The notes beneath the pieces were generated by a model that worked only from the letters and a program-made list of their open reading frames with translations, made no database searches and was not told the origin of the DNA. A DNA stretch of 13,577 nt from Cyanobacteria bacterium J06626_4 (GTDB taxonomy: Bacteria > Cyanobacteriota > Cyanobacteriia > Phormidesmidales > Phormidesmidaceae). Below, piece after piece: positions 1 through 7,632 of this stretch. The translations under genes were made by a program, and so were the position numbers. The stretch is from assembly GCA_038523235.1 (NCBI GenBank), contig JBCBJQ010000135.1:1-13577 (forward strand). The letters are read 5' to 3'. How positions within the stretch are numbered: the stretch's first letter is position 1; each line of letters starts with the position of its first letter.

Positions 1-179
1 GCTGGTTCGTGGCAAAATGCCCCCAAAATTGCTCAGTTTGATCAAGCTCAAAATAGTTCTGTAGTGCTCTAAAAAGAGGTACACACAGAGGATGGTCGGC
101 TCAAGCATCGATGGTCAAACAAGATACCTAACTGACAAGCGTTGGACTTTATAAAAACCTGAATGCTAAGGAAGTCGTT

Positions 180-953
180 ATGAAAATCGCGATCGCGCAA
201 ACGCGGCCAATCAAAGGTGAGCTGCCCGCGAATCTGGAGCAACACATCCAGTTAATTCAGCTCGCTGCCGCCAACGATGCAGATGCCATCATCTTTCCAG
301 AGCTGTCGCTCACCGGCTACGAGCCCACATTGGCTAAAGACCTGGCGACACATCCCAATGACAGCCGCCTTGACGAGCTACAAACCCTAAGCAATACCCA
401 TCAGCTCAAGATTGGCGCGGGCCTGCCCACCCAGAGCGATCGCGGTCTGTGCATTAGCCTGGTGCTCTTTCAACCTCATCAGGCTCGACGCACCTATTCC
501 AAAAAATATTTGCACCCGGATGAGGAAGCCTTCTTCGTCAGCGGCCCTAATTTTCCAGTTTTGACCATCAACGAGATCCCCGTTGGCCTGGCCATTTGCT
601 ACGAACTGTCTATCCCAGAACATGCTGCAGCCGCCTATGAGCATGGCGCACAGCTCTATGTGGCCAGTGTCGCTAAGACCTTAGACGGTGTCAATCGCGC
701 CAGTCAACGGTTAGCCGCGATTGCGCGGGAATATGCCACCCCAGTACTGATGACAAACTGCGTTGGCCCCGCTGACGATTTTGCCAGCGCGGGCAGAAGT
801 GCCGTGTGGAATCATGAAGGCATACTGTTAGAGCAGCTCGACGAAACCCAGGAAGGTCTCATTATCTACGACATGAATATGGGCATCGCCAAACAGCTCA
901 TTGACCTGTCAGAGACCAAAGAACCAGACTTGCGGAGAGCATTCATCGATTAA
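180..953 (+). CDS. Carbon-nitrogen hydrolase (nitrilase superfamily) protein
   Basis: N-terminal KIAIAQ strand; catalytic triad motifs FPELSLTGY (E41), YSKKYL (K108) and ICYE (C140); GRSAVW..EG motif. AAGGA Shine-Dalgarno-like sequence upstream. Substrate cannot be determined from sequence. Confidence 0.93.
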   Translation: MKIAIAQTRPIKGELPANLEQHIQLIQLAAANDADAIIFPELSLTGYEPTLAKDLATHPNDSRLDELQTLSNTHQLKIGAGLPTQSDRGLCISLVLFQPHQARRTYSKKYLHPDEEAFFVSGPNFPVLTINEIPVGLAICYELSIPEHAAAAYEHGAQLYVASVAKTLDGVNRASQRLAAIAREYATPVLMTNCVGPADDFASAGRSAVWNHEGILLEQLDETQEGLIIYDMNMGIAKQLIDLSETKEPDLRRAFID

Positions 954-1297
954 CCTGGCGGCCATTGCAGCGATCGCCCGCCGAGTAAATGCATATGCAG
1001 ATGAAACACCGTTTGGCCGCCATCGGTGCCCGTATTGATCACCACCCGATAGCCCTCTTCCGCAATGCCGAGTTGCTCAGCGAGGGATTTCACCGCCAGC
1101 AGCATGTGCCCCAATAGCTCTTTGTCCTCTGCAGCCGCATCCGCCAGTTTGGGAATCGGCTTTTTAGGAATGACCAAAACGTGGGTCGGAGCTTGAGGGG
1201 TAATGTCTCGAAACGCTAGACAGAGATCGTCTTCATAGACAATGTCTGCGGGAATTTCACGGCGAATGATTTTGCCAAAGATCGTGTCTGCACTCAT
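950..1297 (-). CDS. hinT: Histidine triad (HIT) nucleotide-binding protein, Hint/PKCI branch
   Basis: [45 protein letters not shown] (HxHxH triad) and C-terminal WPPG. Confidence 0.96.
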   Translation of the reverse strand: MSADTIFGKIIRREIPADIVYEDDLCLAFRDITPQAPTHVLVIPKKPIPKLADAAAEDKELLGHMLLAVKSLAEQLGIAEEGYRVVINTGTDGGQTVFHLHMHLLGGRSLQWPPG

Positions 1298-1329
1298 GGG
1301 GCGATCGCGCTGTTGACGAGGACGGGATT

Positions 1330-1335
1330 ATTGTA
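1330..1335 (-). promoter_or_regulatory. Putative -10 element (TACAAT) for the HIT gene
   Basis: Plus-strand ATTGTA reads TACAAT on the minus strand, about 33 nt upstream of the ATG at 1297. No clear -35, which is common in cyanobacteria. Confidence 0.45.
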
Positions 1336-1385
1336 AGGGCTATTGGGAGTCGCCCCGTGCCCGTTCTGACGCAATCCAGGTTGAA

Positions 1386-1994
1386 TCAGGATGACTCTTT
1401 GACCCAAATTGCGAGGCCACCCCCGCGTCCCCGAGCGGCAATGTAATCGTCTGTCGCGGCGAAAAAGGCAAAGAAGGGTAGCTGAGCGATCGCAATTGCC
1501 TCAAACGGTTTATCAGCCCGCTGCTTGTTTTGCACCTTGCCTTGGTAGACGGTCAGGCCAAAGCAGGAAACTTGCAAATGGGTAAAGTCAAACGCGAGTA
1601 GATTTTTCTTGCCAGGATAGCGAGCTGGCCCTGTAAAGCGAATTGTCAACGGGCCGATGTTGAGTTCGTTCATCACTTTGAGCTGATGTTCACCCGTGTC
1701 ACTCGCAGCGAAAGTAATGCGTGCGATCGCCAATTGAGGAATGTAGAACCCACTGCCGACCGGTTGACCCGACTGGAACTTCGCCTTTTTTCCCGCACTG
1801 AAGCCCAACCGCCAAGTGCCCAGCAGCGACTCCAGTGGGATTGATTGCCGCGTCTGCTTGGTCATTTTTTCGAGTTCCAGCAGCGTTGCCGTAACCGCTG
1901 AACCCTCGGGGCGCGGAACCACAGATAACCGAAACGCATTGACCGCCTGCTCAACTACTTGGGTGTCTAGCGCAGAAATTGGAGGTATTGCCAC
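1386..1994 (-). CDS. Conserved hypothetical protein, PAP/fibrillin-like (lipocalin-type fold)
   Basis: LLGTWRL (lipocalin/fibrillin GxW motif) after an N-terminal helical region; C-terminal DDYIAARGRGGGLAIW resembles the fibrillin terminal RG-containing strand. GTG start is uncertain. Confidence 0.6.
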   Translation of the reverse strand: MAIPPISALDTQVVEQAVNAFRLSVVPRPEGSAVTATLLELEKMTKQTRQSIPLESLLGTWRLGFSAGKKAKFQSGQPVGSGFYIPQLAIARITFAASDTGEHQLKVMNELNIGPLTIRFTGPARYPGKKNLLAFDFTHLQVSCFGLTVYQGKVQNKQRADKPFEAIAIAQLPFFAFFAATDDYIAARGRGGGLAIWVKESS

Positions 1995-2051
1995 TGATGA
2001 GCCCCAGTCTATTCACTCAAAGCTAGTTTGCCATTACCGGGGTTGTACACA

Positions 2052-2107
2052 GAGCAGCCGGATCGCTCTAATGATCAAGACCATCGGGGCAGTATCCGGC
2101 TTCGCTC
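2052..2107. other. Imperfect stem-loop immediately downstream of tal
   Basis: GAGC/GCTC (2052-2055/2104-2107) and AGCCGGAT/ATCCGGCT (2056-2063/2094-2101), with further inner pairing. No U-tract. Confidence 0.45.
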
Positions 2108-2110
2108 GCA

Positions 2111-3286
2111 CTACACCGCCAATTGACAGGCACCTCCGAGACCGCAGCTCAGCTCCTCGACCGTGACCTTACCGTCATGATCCAGATCCAGCGCATCAAA
2201 GACGGCATCGGTACCCATCCATTCTTCGCGGGTGATCAACCCATCGCCATCAAGATCGTAGGCAGAAAAGAGGTCTTGAGTAGCATGGTTCACCAGGGCC
2301 TCACCCTGACTGAGTTGCGTCAGACGATCGGCCAGCAGCTTTTCTAACGATTCCAGCGCTTTGCTAAAGCCTTTGATCCCTTCATCGAGCTTGTCAGAAG
2401 CCATGCGATCGGCTTGATGCATCTCGTCGAAGGTAGCTTTATTCATCGAAATTTTTTCAATTTCCAGGTCGGCAGCTTTGGCCGGATCAAGCTTGCGCTC
2501 AAGGGTGGCCTCTTGTTCCCGCAGCTGAGCTAGCAGCTTAGGCGAAATCGTCAGCAGATCACAGCCAGCCAATTCACAAATTTCGCCAATGTTGCGAAAG
2601 CTCGCGCCCATCACCTCTGTCGAGTAGCCAAACTTTTTGTAGTAGTTATAGATGGTGGTCACCGACTGCACGCCGGGATCTTCCGTCGGTTCGTACTCTT
2701 TGCCGGTTTCTTTTTTGTACCAATCGAGAATCCGACCGACAAAGGGAGAGATCAGCGTCGCCCCTGCTTCGGCACAGGCGATCGCCTGATGAATGCCAAA
2801 CAGCAGCGTCAGGTTACAGTGAATGCCTTCTTTTTCGAGCACTTCAGCCGCTTTAATGCCCTCCCACGTAGAGGCAATTTTGATCAAGACGCGATCACGC
2901 GTCATGCCTGCCGCCTCGTACTGAGCAATCAGGTCGCGGGCAGTGGAGATCGTGGCCTCCGTGTCATAAGACAGTCGCGCATCAACCTCGGTCGAAACCC
3001 GACCCGGCACGATTTCTAAAATTTTGAGGCCAAACGCCACCGCCAAGCGGTTGAAAGCGATGTTAGCCACTTCCTGATCCGCAGCAGCGTCCCCAGCCTC
3101 TTGCCGGGCTTTGAGCAGCGTCTCATCAACAATGCCGTGATACTGAGGCATTTGGGCCGCAGCAGTAATCAACGAAGGATTCGTCGTCGCATCTCGGGGC
3201 GTAAATTTTTCGATCGCCTGCAAGTCTCCGGTGTCAGCCACGACGACCGTCATCTCGCGGAGCTGCTCTAGCAAATTTTTGGCCAT
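2111..3286 (-). CDS. tal: Transaldolase with C-terminal EF-hand pair
   Basis: [38 protein letters not shown] (Schiff-base Lys), [16 protein letters not shown] and MGASFRN motifs; C-terminal loops [12 protein letters not shown] and [23 protein letters not shown] upstream. Confidence 0.98.
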   Translation of the reverse strand: MAKNLLEQLREMTVVVADTGDLQAIEKFTPRDATTNPSLITAAAQMPQYHGIVDETLLKARQEAGDAAADQEVANIAFNRLAVAFGLKILEIVPGRVSTEVDARLSYDTEATISTARDLIAQYEAAGMTRDRVLIKIASTWEGIKAAEVLEKEGIHCNLTLLFGIHQAIACAEAGATLISPFVGRILDWYKKETGKEYEPTEDPGVQSVTTIYNYYKKFGYSTEVMGASFRNIGEICELAGCDLLTISPKLLAQLREQEATLERKLDPAKAADLEIEKISMNKATFDEMHQADRMASDKLDEGIKGFSKALESLEKLLADRLTQLSQGEALVNHATQDLFSAYDLDGDGLITREEWMGTDAVFDALDLDHDGKVTVEELSCGLGGACQLAV

Positions 3287-3324
3287 ATCGCTTTCCTTTG
3301 AGTGGGCGAGGACATTCCCAAACC

Positions 3325-3330
3325 ATTATA
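3325..3330 (-). promoter_or_regulatory. Putative -10 element (TATAAT) for tal
   Basis: Plus-strand ATTATA is a perfect TATAAT on the minus strand, about 39 nt upstream of the tal ATG. Confidence 0.55.
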
Positions 3331-3395
3331 TAAAGACCTTTTTTAAAGTCTCATTAAACCTATCTGAGGAATGCTCAGAGCGATCGCAGCGCCAA

Positions 3396-3452
3396 ATGCA
3401 ATAAGTTGCATATTCATTCCAGTAGATCTATGATGTATGCAACAAGTTGAAT
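3396..3452 (+). promoter_or_regulatory. Sigma70-type promoter (TTGCAT-N17-TATGAT) flanked by two palindromic operator-like sites
   Basis: -35 TTGCAT at 3406-3411, 17-bp spacer, -10 TATGAT at 3429-3434. Sites ATGCAATAAGTTGCAT (3396-3411) and ATGCAACAAGTTGAAT (3437-3452). Confidence 0.7.
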
Positions 3453-3463
3453 AGGTGATTTCG

Positions 3464-3877
3464 ATGACTCCCCTAACCTCATCTTCGTCTCAGGCTCGCC
3501 CCACTTTTTCCGCTGAGGCGGTGCAAACCATTCTCAGCAAAGCGCTAGAACTCCGGGCCGAAACCGCTTATTCCGTAGAACAGCTGCAAGAAATGGCGGT
3601 CGAGCTAAACGTTTCACCACAACAGTTAGAAACGGCAGTCACCGACTGGCAACACCAGCAAACCCAGAACGCCCAGACCCAAGCCGCGCTCACCAAGCGC
3701 CGCCGCGATCGCCAAGAGCAATGGCTCAACTACGCCCTCGGCAGTGCCTTGCTCATCGGCATCAACGTCGCGACAGCAGGCACGCTGACTTGGGCCATCT
3801 TTCCTGTGGCGGGTTGGGGGTTAGGCGTGGTCTTTGGTCAGTGCGATCGCACTCAGGCGACCAAACGCAGTTGCTGA
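3464..3877 (+). CDS. 2TM-domain membrane protein (cyanobacterial type)
   Basis: N-terminal FSAEAVQTILSKAL...YSVEQLQEMAVELNVSPQQLETA helical region, basic RRR stretch, then two hydrophobic segments ending WAIFPVAGWGLG, typical of 2TM domains. ATG 3464 preferred over GTG 3455 because AGGTGA (3453-3458) sits at SD distance. Confidence 0.82.
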   Translation: MTPLTSSSSQARPTFSAEAVQTILSKALELRAETAYSVEQLQEMAVELNVSPQQLETAVTDWQHQQTQNAQTQAALTKRRRDRQEQWLNYALGSALLIGINVATAGTLTWAIFPVAGWGLGVVFGQCDRTQATKRSC

Positions 3878-4054
3878 TCAGACAAACTTGCGAGCCTGGC
3901 CAGCCCTGGCGGCAACACCTGTTAGCCACAGATGCCAGTTTGAGACAATTCTGGCAGAAGTTCCGTAATATCCAGCGATCGCCCGGTGGTTTACAGTACC
4001 CCGTCGAGTACAGCTAGACCATTCAATTATTTGGCTGTCATGGAGGTCACAACC

Positions 4055-4219
4055 ATGAGTATTCGCTGGCAACGACTCCTACTTCAATCCTGTCTGTGGC
4101 TGTTTGCCGAAGTGGTTTTGACCTCTATCGGCATGGATGACATCGCAGACTATGGCGAGTATCACTTTGCGTCCCGAGATATCGTCGTTAGCCAACTGGT
4201 CGATCTCCAGACGAGTTAG
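4055..4219 (+). CDS. Small (54 aa) hypothetical protein with a hydrophobic N-terminal helix
   Basis: Strong SD GGAGGT (4042-4047) 7 nt before ATG 4055. RWQRLLLQSCLWLFAEVVLTSIGMDDIADYGEY resembles a recurrent small cyanobacterial protein pattern (WL..E..L...G.D.LADY.E; from recollection, not searched). Confidence 0.72.
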   Translation: MSIRWQRLLLQSCLWLFAEVVLTSIGMDDIADYGEYHFASRDIVVSQLVDLQTS

Positions 4220-4439
4220 GTATTTTCTGAGAAAAATATACCGATGCCGTCAGGGCCGGTTTAGCCAGAGACCTTAACCTCATCGCCACCAGGCACTCAT
4301 AAAAACTTGCCCCGACAGAAATCGTTTTGAAGATAAATTTCTTTCCAGCACCATTAGCCACTCATGATTCCGACGCGGCACATGACTAGCCCTAAGGGCT
4401 TGAGACAGCCTTGACAGTCAAGTTTTCGACCTCACCCTT

Positions 4440-5228
4440 TTATAGCGATCGCGTATCGAGCTGTTCTTCGAGCTGGCTCATTTGCGACTCGGTCACCAGG
4501 GCCAAACAGGCATTCTGATCGCCCGCCTCAAACGCACAATGAGCATCGCGATAGTCGATCCAGGCGAGTTGCGCATCGGTCAGTTGATCTTGTTCGGTCG
4601 GGGTCAGATAGTCTTGCAAACTTTGATAGACCGAGTTGAGCGCCTGATCAGCGGCGTCATAGCCCATCGAAGCGCTCTTGCTCTGCTGCAGCACGGCAGT
4701 GCGGTTATCGGTGAGCTGGGTCAGACAGCCGTAGTACACCGTCGGTTGAATCGAGCCCCCGGCAAACTGCGCTTGCACAAAGTCACAATAGGTATCGCGG
4801 TAGTCGATCCAGGCTTGCTCAGCGGCGATGAGCTGGTCAGCCTTTTGCACGCCGAGCGGCGCTTTGACCGATTGATAAGCGTTGTTGAGTTCGGTATCGG
4901 CTTGGTCGTACTCAGCTTGGGCGCAGAGATTCATCGCCGTTTGCGTATCGGGATTGTTGCACTCTGGCGGCAAGGGAGGAATAGGCTGGGGTTCAGGTGC
5001 TGCCGCTGCCGTCGTATCGGGTGCAGCGGTCGGGGGAGACGTAGCGGCATCCGTCGGTTCAGTCGGTTCAACCGCCTGCTCTTCAGTCTCAGCGGGTTCG
5101 GTCGCCTCGGGCTCGGGCGCTGGCTCGGGCGGTGTCGCCGTTGGCGAGGTGGGTTGACAGGCCGCGATCGCGCCCAAACAGAAGCTAGCTGCCAGTCCTA
5201 GCCCAATTTTTTGGATGACCCCAGTCAT
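4440..5228 (-). CDS. Lipoprotein with tandem LprI/DUF1311 (lysozyme inhibitor LprI-like) domains
   Basis: Signal peptide with lipobox-like AIAAC; long Pro/Thr/Ala/Glu linker; C....TQ.AMN.CA...Y..AD.ELN..Y and Q.AWI.YRD..C motifs, the latter present twice. Confidence 0.88.
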   Translation of the reverse strand: MTGVIQKIGLGLAASFCLGAIAACQPTSPTATPPEPAPEPEATEPAETEEQAVEPTEPTDAATSPPTAAPDTTAAAAPEPQPIPPLPPECNNPDTQTAMNLCAQAEYDQADTELNNAYQSVKAPLGVQKADQLIAAEQAWIDYRDTYCDFVQAQFAGGSIQPTVYYGCLTQLTDNRTAVLQQSKSASMGYDAADQALNSVYQSLQDYLTPTEQDQLTDAQLAWIDYRDAHCAFEAGDQNACLALVTESQMSQLEEQLDTRSL

Positions 5229-5518
5229 AGATTGGCTCCCCCAAACGTGACGTTAATCAGCATAGCTCGCCCCTTTTAAAAATTGACGGCCATTGGGCCA
5301 TTATTTAACCCATCACGCGGGGCGATCGGACTCCCAATACAAGCTTAAAAACGCAGAGGAGCAGAGGGCAAGGGGGCTAGACTGGTAGCCTTGTTCTAAA
5401 GAGTCGGTATTAGCCATTGGACGCGTCCTAGAAAAGTTTGAGGAAGGCCCAAACCGACCGCTAGACTACAAGCTGTAAACATTTTTTGGCCGCTTAGCGA
5501 CACCGGCAAGGAGACACC

Positions 5519-5869
5519 ATGACGATATCTCGGGTTTGGTCTGTGCTCGCGATCGGCGCAAGCGCTACGTTTTGGGGCTTAGCGGCGCAGGCTCAAGCAC
5601 CTGGCCTGTATTACGCTTGGCGATCAATCAATGGCGACCTCACGGCTTGTCTCAACCGGTCGACAGCGGCTCTGACGAGTCAAGAATTAGACAATATTCA
5701 GGTAGAAGGCAACAGCGTCGCGGGCACTACCGATGACTCGACTGCCGTCTTTGTCTGTTTAGAAAGTCTCGACACCACTACCGTCACGACGACTGTGATG
5801 ATTATGGTGTCGAGCAATGATGACGACGTCGCTTTTGAACTGAGAGAAACTCTGAAAGAAAGTTTTTGA
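5519..5869 (+). CDS. Secreted hypothetical protein (116 aa)
   Basis: SD AAGGAG at 5508-5513; Sec-type signal peptide ending in AQA; two Cys in the mature part. Candidate promoter TTGAGG (5438-5443)-N18-TAGACT (5462-5467). Confidence 0.8.
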   Translation: MTISRVWSVLAIGASATFWGLAAQAQAPGLYYAWRSINGDLTACLNRSTAALTSQELDNIQVEGNSVAGTTDDSTAVFVCLESLDTTTVTTTVMIMVSSNDDDVAFELRETLKESF

Positions 5870-6005
5870 GCCCACCCGTTCAACCAGCTGACCCTCGGCT
5901 GGCTCCATTGGCATCGGGTCAACCTCACCGCTTACCGTACCGCTCCTTGGCGATAGGATAATAGACTGAGCTGAAGCAAGGATTAATTGAGGAGTTGGGC
6001 AAACG

Positions 6006-6647
6006 GTGGCGGTTCGAGTTCGACAGCATGTCAATCCCCTCAGCAACAAATATCAGACCACCGTCGAGCCGATCGACTGGGCCAGCTTTTATCTGGTGCC
6101 CACTCAACCACTGCATCTTGATATTGGCTGTGCCAAAGGGCATTTTGTCAGTCAAATGGCGACGCAACAGCCCGATTGGAACTTTTTAGGCTTAGAGATT
6201 CGGGCACCGCTGGTTGAGCAAGCCTTGCAGCAGCGCGATCGCGCCGCCTTGCGAAACCTGCACTTTTTGTTTTGCAATGCCAACACATCACTCGCTGAGG
6301 TGTTGCAGTCTTTGCCAGCCGGAATACTGCAGCAGGTGAGCATCCAATTTCCTGACCCTTGGTTTAAAAAGCGGCATCAAAAACGGCGAGTGGTGCAGCC
6401 AGAGTTAGTGCAGTCGTTAGCCCAGCATTTGCCCCCAGGCGGTCGAGTGGTGCTGCAATCAGATGTAGAAGCAGTGGCCCAAGAAATGTGCGATCGCTTT
6501 GCTGAACATGTCGCCTTTCAACGCTCTCATCCCGACTGGCTGCCTGCCAGTCCTTTCGCCGCCCAGACCGATCGCGAAACATTGACGTTGAGCAAAGGCC
6601 TGCCGGTGTTCCGCGCGATTTTCACGCGCTCAGTGACAGATCTTTAA
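6006..6647 (+). CDS. trmB: tRNA (guanine-N7)-methyltransferase TrmB
   Basis: VRVRQHVNPL, LDIGCAKG (SAM motif I), LGLEIR, QFPDPWFKKRHQKRRVVQ, LQSDV and TDRE motifs. Confidence 0.97.
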   Translation: MAVRVRQHVNPLSNKYQTTVEPIDWASFYLVPTQPLHLDIGCAKGHFVSQMATQQPDWNFLGLEIRAPLVEQALQQRDRAALRNLHFLFCNANTSLAEVLQSLPAGILQQVSIQFPDPWFKKRHQKRRVVQPELVQSLAQHLPPGGRVVLQSDVEAVAQEMCDRFAEHVAFQRSHPDWLPASPFAAQTDRETLTLSKGLPVFRAIFTRSVTDL

Positions 6648-6758
6648 GCGCGATCACCCCAATGAGAGGAAGATTTATTCGCACTGGCAGATTCCTCCTC
6701 AGAGGGTGCGCTGAGAACGGTGGGTCCAGCATCAGGATGGTACAAGTAAGACACTCTC

Positions 6759-7424
6759 ATGCCTAACCCCATGCCCCAGTCTCTCGACCAACGGCGCTAC
6801 GCCCCCGCCACTGAGCGCAACCGCGCCGCCATTAGGGCGGTACTTGCCACCCACCTCCCGGCCTCAGGGACGGTGCTCGAAATCGCCAGCGGCACTGGCC
6901 AACATGCCACCTTTTTGGCCCCGCAGTTGGCCCCACGACATTGGCTGCCCAGCGACCCCGACCCGACCGCGCGGGAGAGTATTCGCGGCTGGCTAGCCAG
7001 CGCCCCCCTCGAAACGCTTTACGAACCGCTAGCGCTAGATGTCACCCAACCCCGCTGGCCCACTCAGGTCAGCACCTGGCAAAAATCCTTATCGACGGTG
7101 CCGCCGCTCGCCGCCATCGTCAATATCAATATGATCCACATTTCCCCGTGGGCGGCCTGCAACGGCCTGTTTGCCGGAGCCGCCTCATTACTGCCAACCG
7201 ACGGCATCGTCTATCTCTACGGCCCTTTTAAGCAGCAGGGCCAGCATACGGCCCCCAGCAACGAAGCCTTTGACCGCTCGCTGAGATCGCAGAACCCAGC
7301 TTGGGGCGTGCGGGACTTGGGCGCAGTGACGGAACTCGCTCGCAAGCATGGTTTTGAACTGGTGGAGGTAATTACCATGCCCGCCAACAACCTATCAGTC
7401 ATCTTCAAAGCCGCGAAATCTTGA
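6759..7424 (+). CDS. DUF938 family class I SAM-dependent methyltransferase
   Basis: APATERN, VLEIASGTGQHA, NMIHISPW, YGPF, TAPSN.AFD.SLR..NP.WGVRD and MPANN motifs. Start could be ATG 6771. Confidence 0.93.
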   Translation: MPNPMPQSLDQRRYAPATERNRAAIRAVLATHLPASGTVLEIASGTGQHATFLAPQLAPRHWLPSDPDPTARESIRGWLASAPLETLYEPLALDVTQPRWPTQVSTWQKSLSTVPPLAAIVNINMIHISPWAACNGLFAGAASLLPTDGIVYLYGPFKQQGQHTAPSNEAFDRSLRSQNPAWGVRDLGAVTELARKHGFELVEVITMPANNLSVIFKAAKS

Positions 7425-7632
7425 ACCCCAGGCGTTGTCGTTTGTTAGCGACTCAATACCGATATCGCAACGAGTTCAGCTCCTAGCTGAGTTGCTGGGG
7501 CAGGCGCGATCAGGCCGGTCTCCAAAAGTGTGGGGGCTGATATTGGTGACGCGCTCTGGAGGTAGGACACCGCGACTCGCGAATGGGTTGTTTAAACTGG
7601 GGGAGTCTTGTCACTTTGCCACCGTAAAACCC

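Noticed and set aside
1..72. Possible 3' end of an upstream gene (frame 1 open to TAA at 70-72; frame 2 open to TAG at 62-64)
   Set aside because: Too short to choose a frame or recognise a family.
3363..3379. TCTGAG-N5-CTCAGA inverted repeat between tal and the 2TM gene
   Set aside because: Only 6-bp arms and a single copy; insufficient evidence on its own.
3986..4054. Longer starts for the small ORF (GTG 3986, ATG 4040)
   Set aside because: The perfect SD is positioned for ATG 4055.
4482..5201. 239-aa plus-strand ORF, and similar shadow ORFs such as 7882-8565, 10650-11144, 12441-12803 and 1816-2166
   Set aside because: Antisense to well-supported genes, Arg/Gly-rich and without recognisable motifs; expected by-products of codon bias.
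7435..7632. 66-codon N-terminal extension of the M48 peptidase
   Set aside because: TTG start without an SD, overlaps a stem-loop region, and the family-like sequence begins at ATG 7633.
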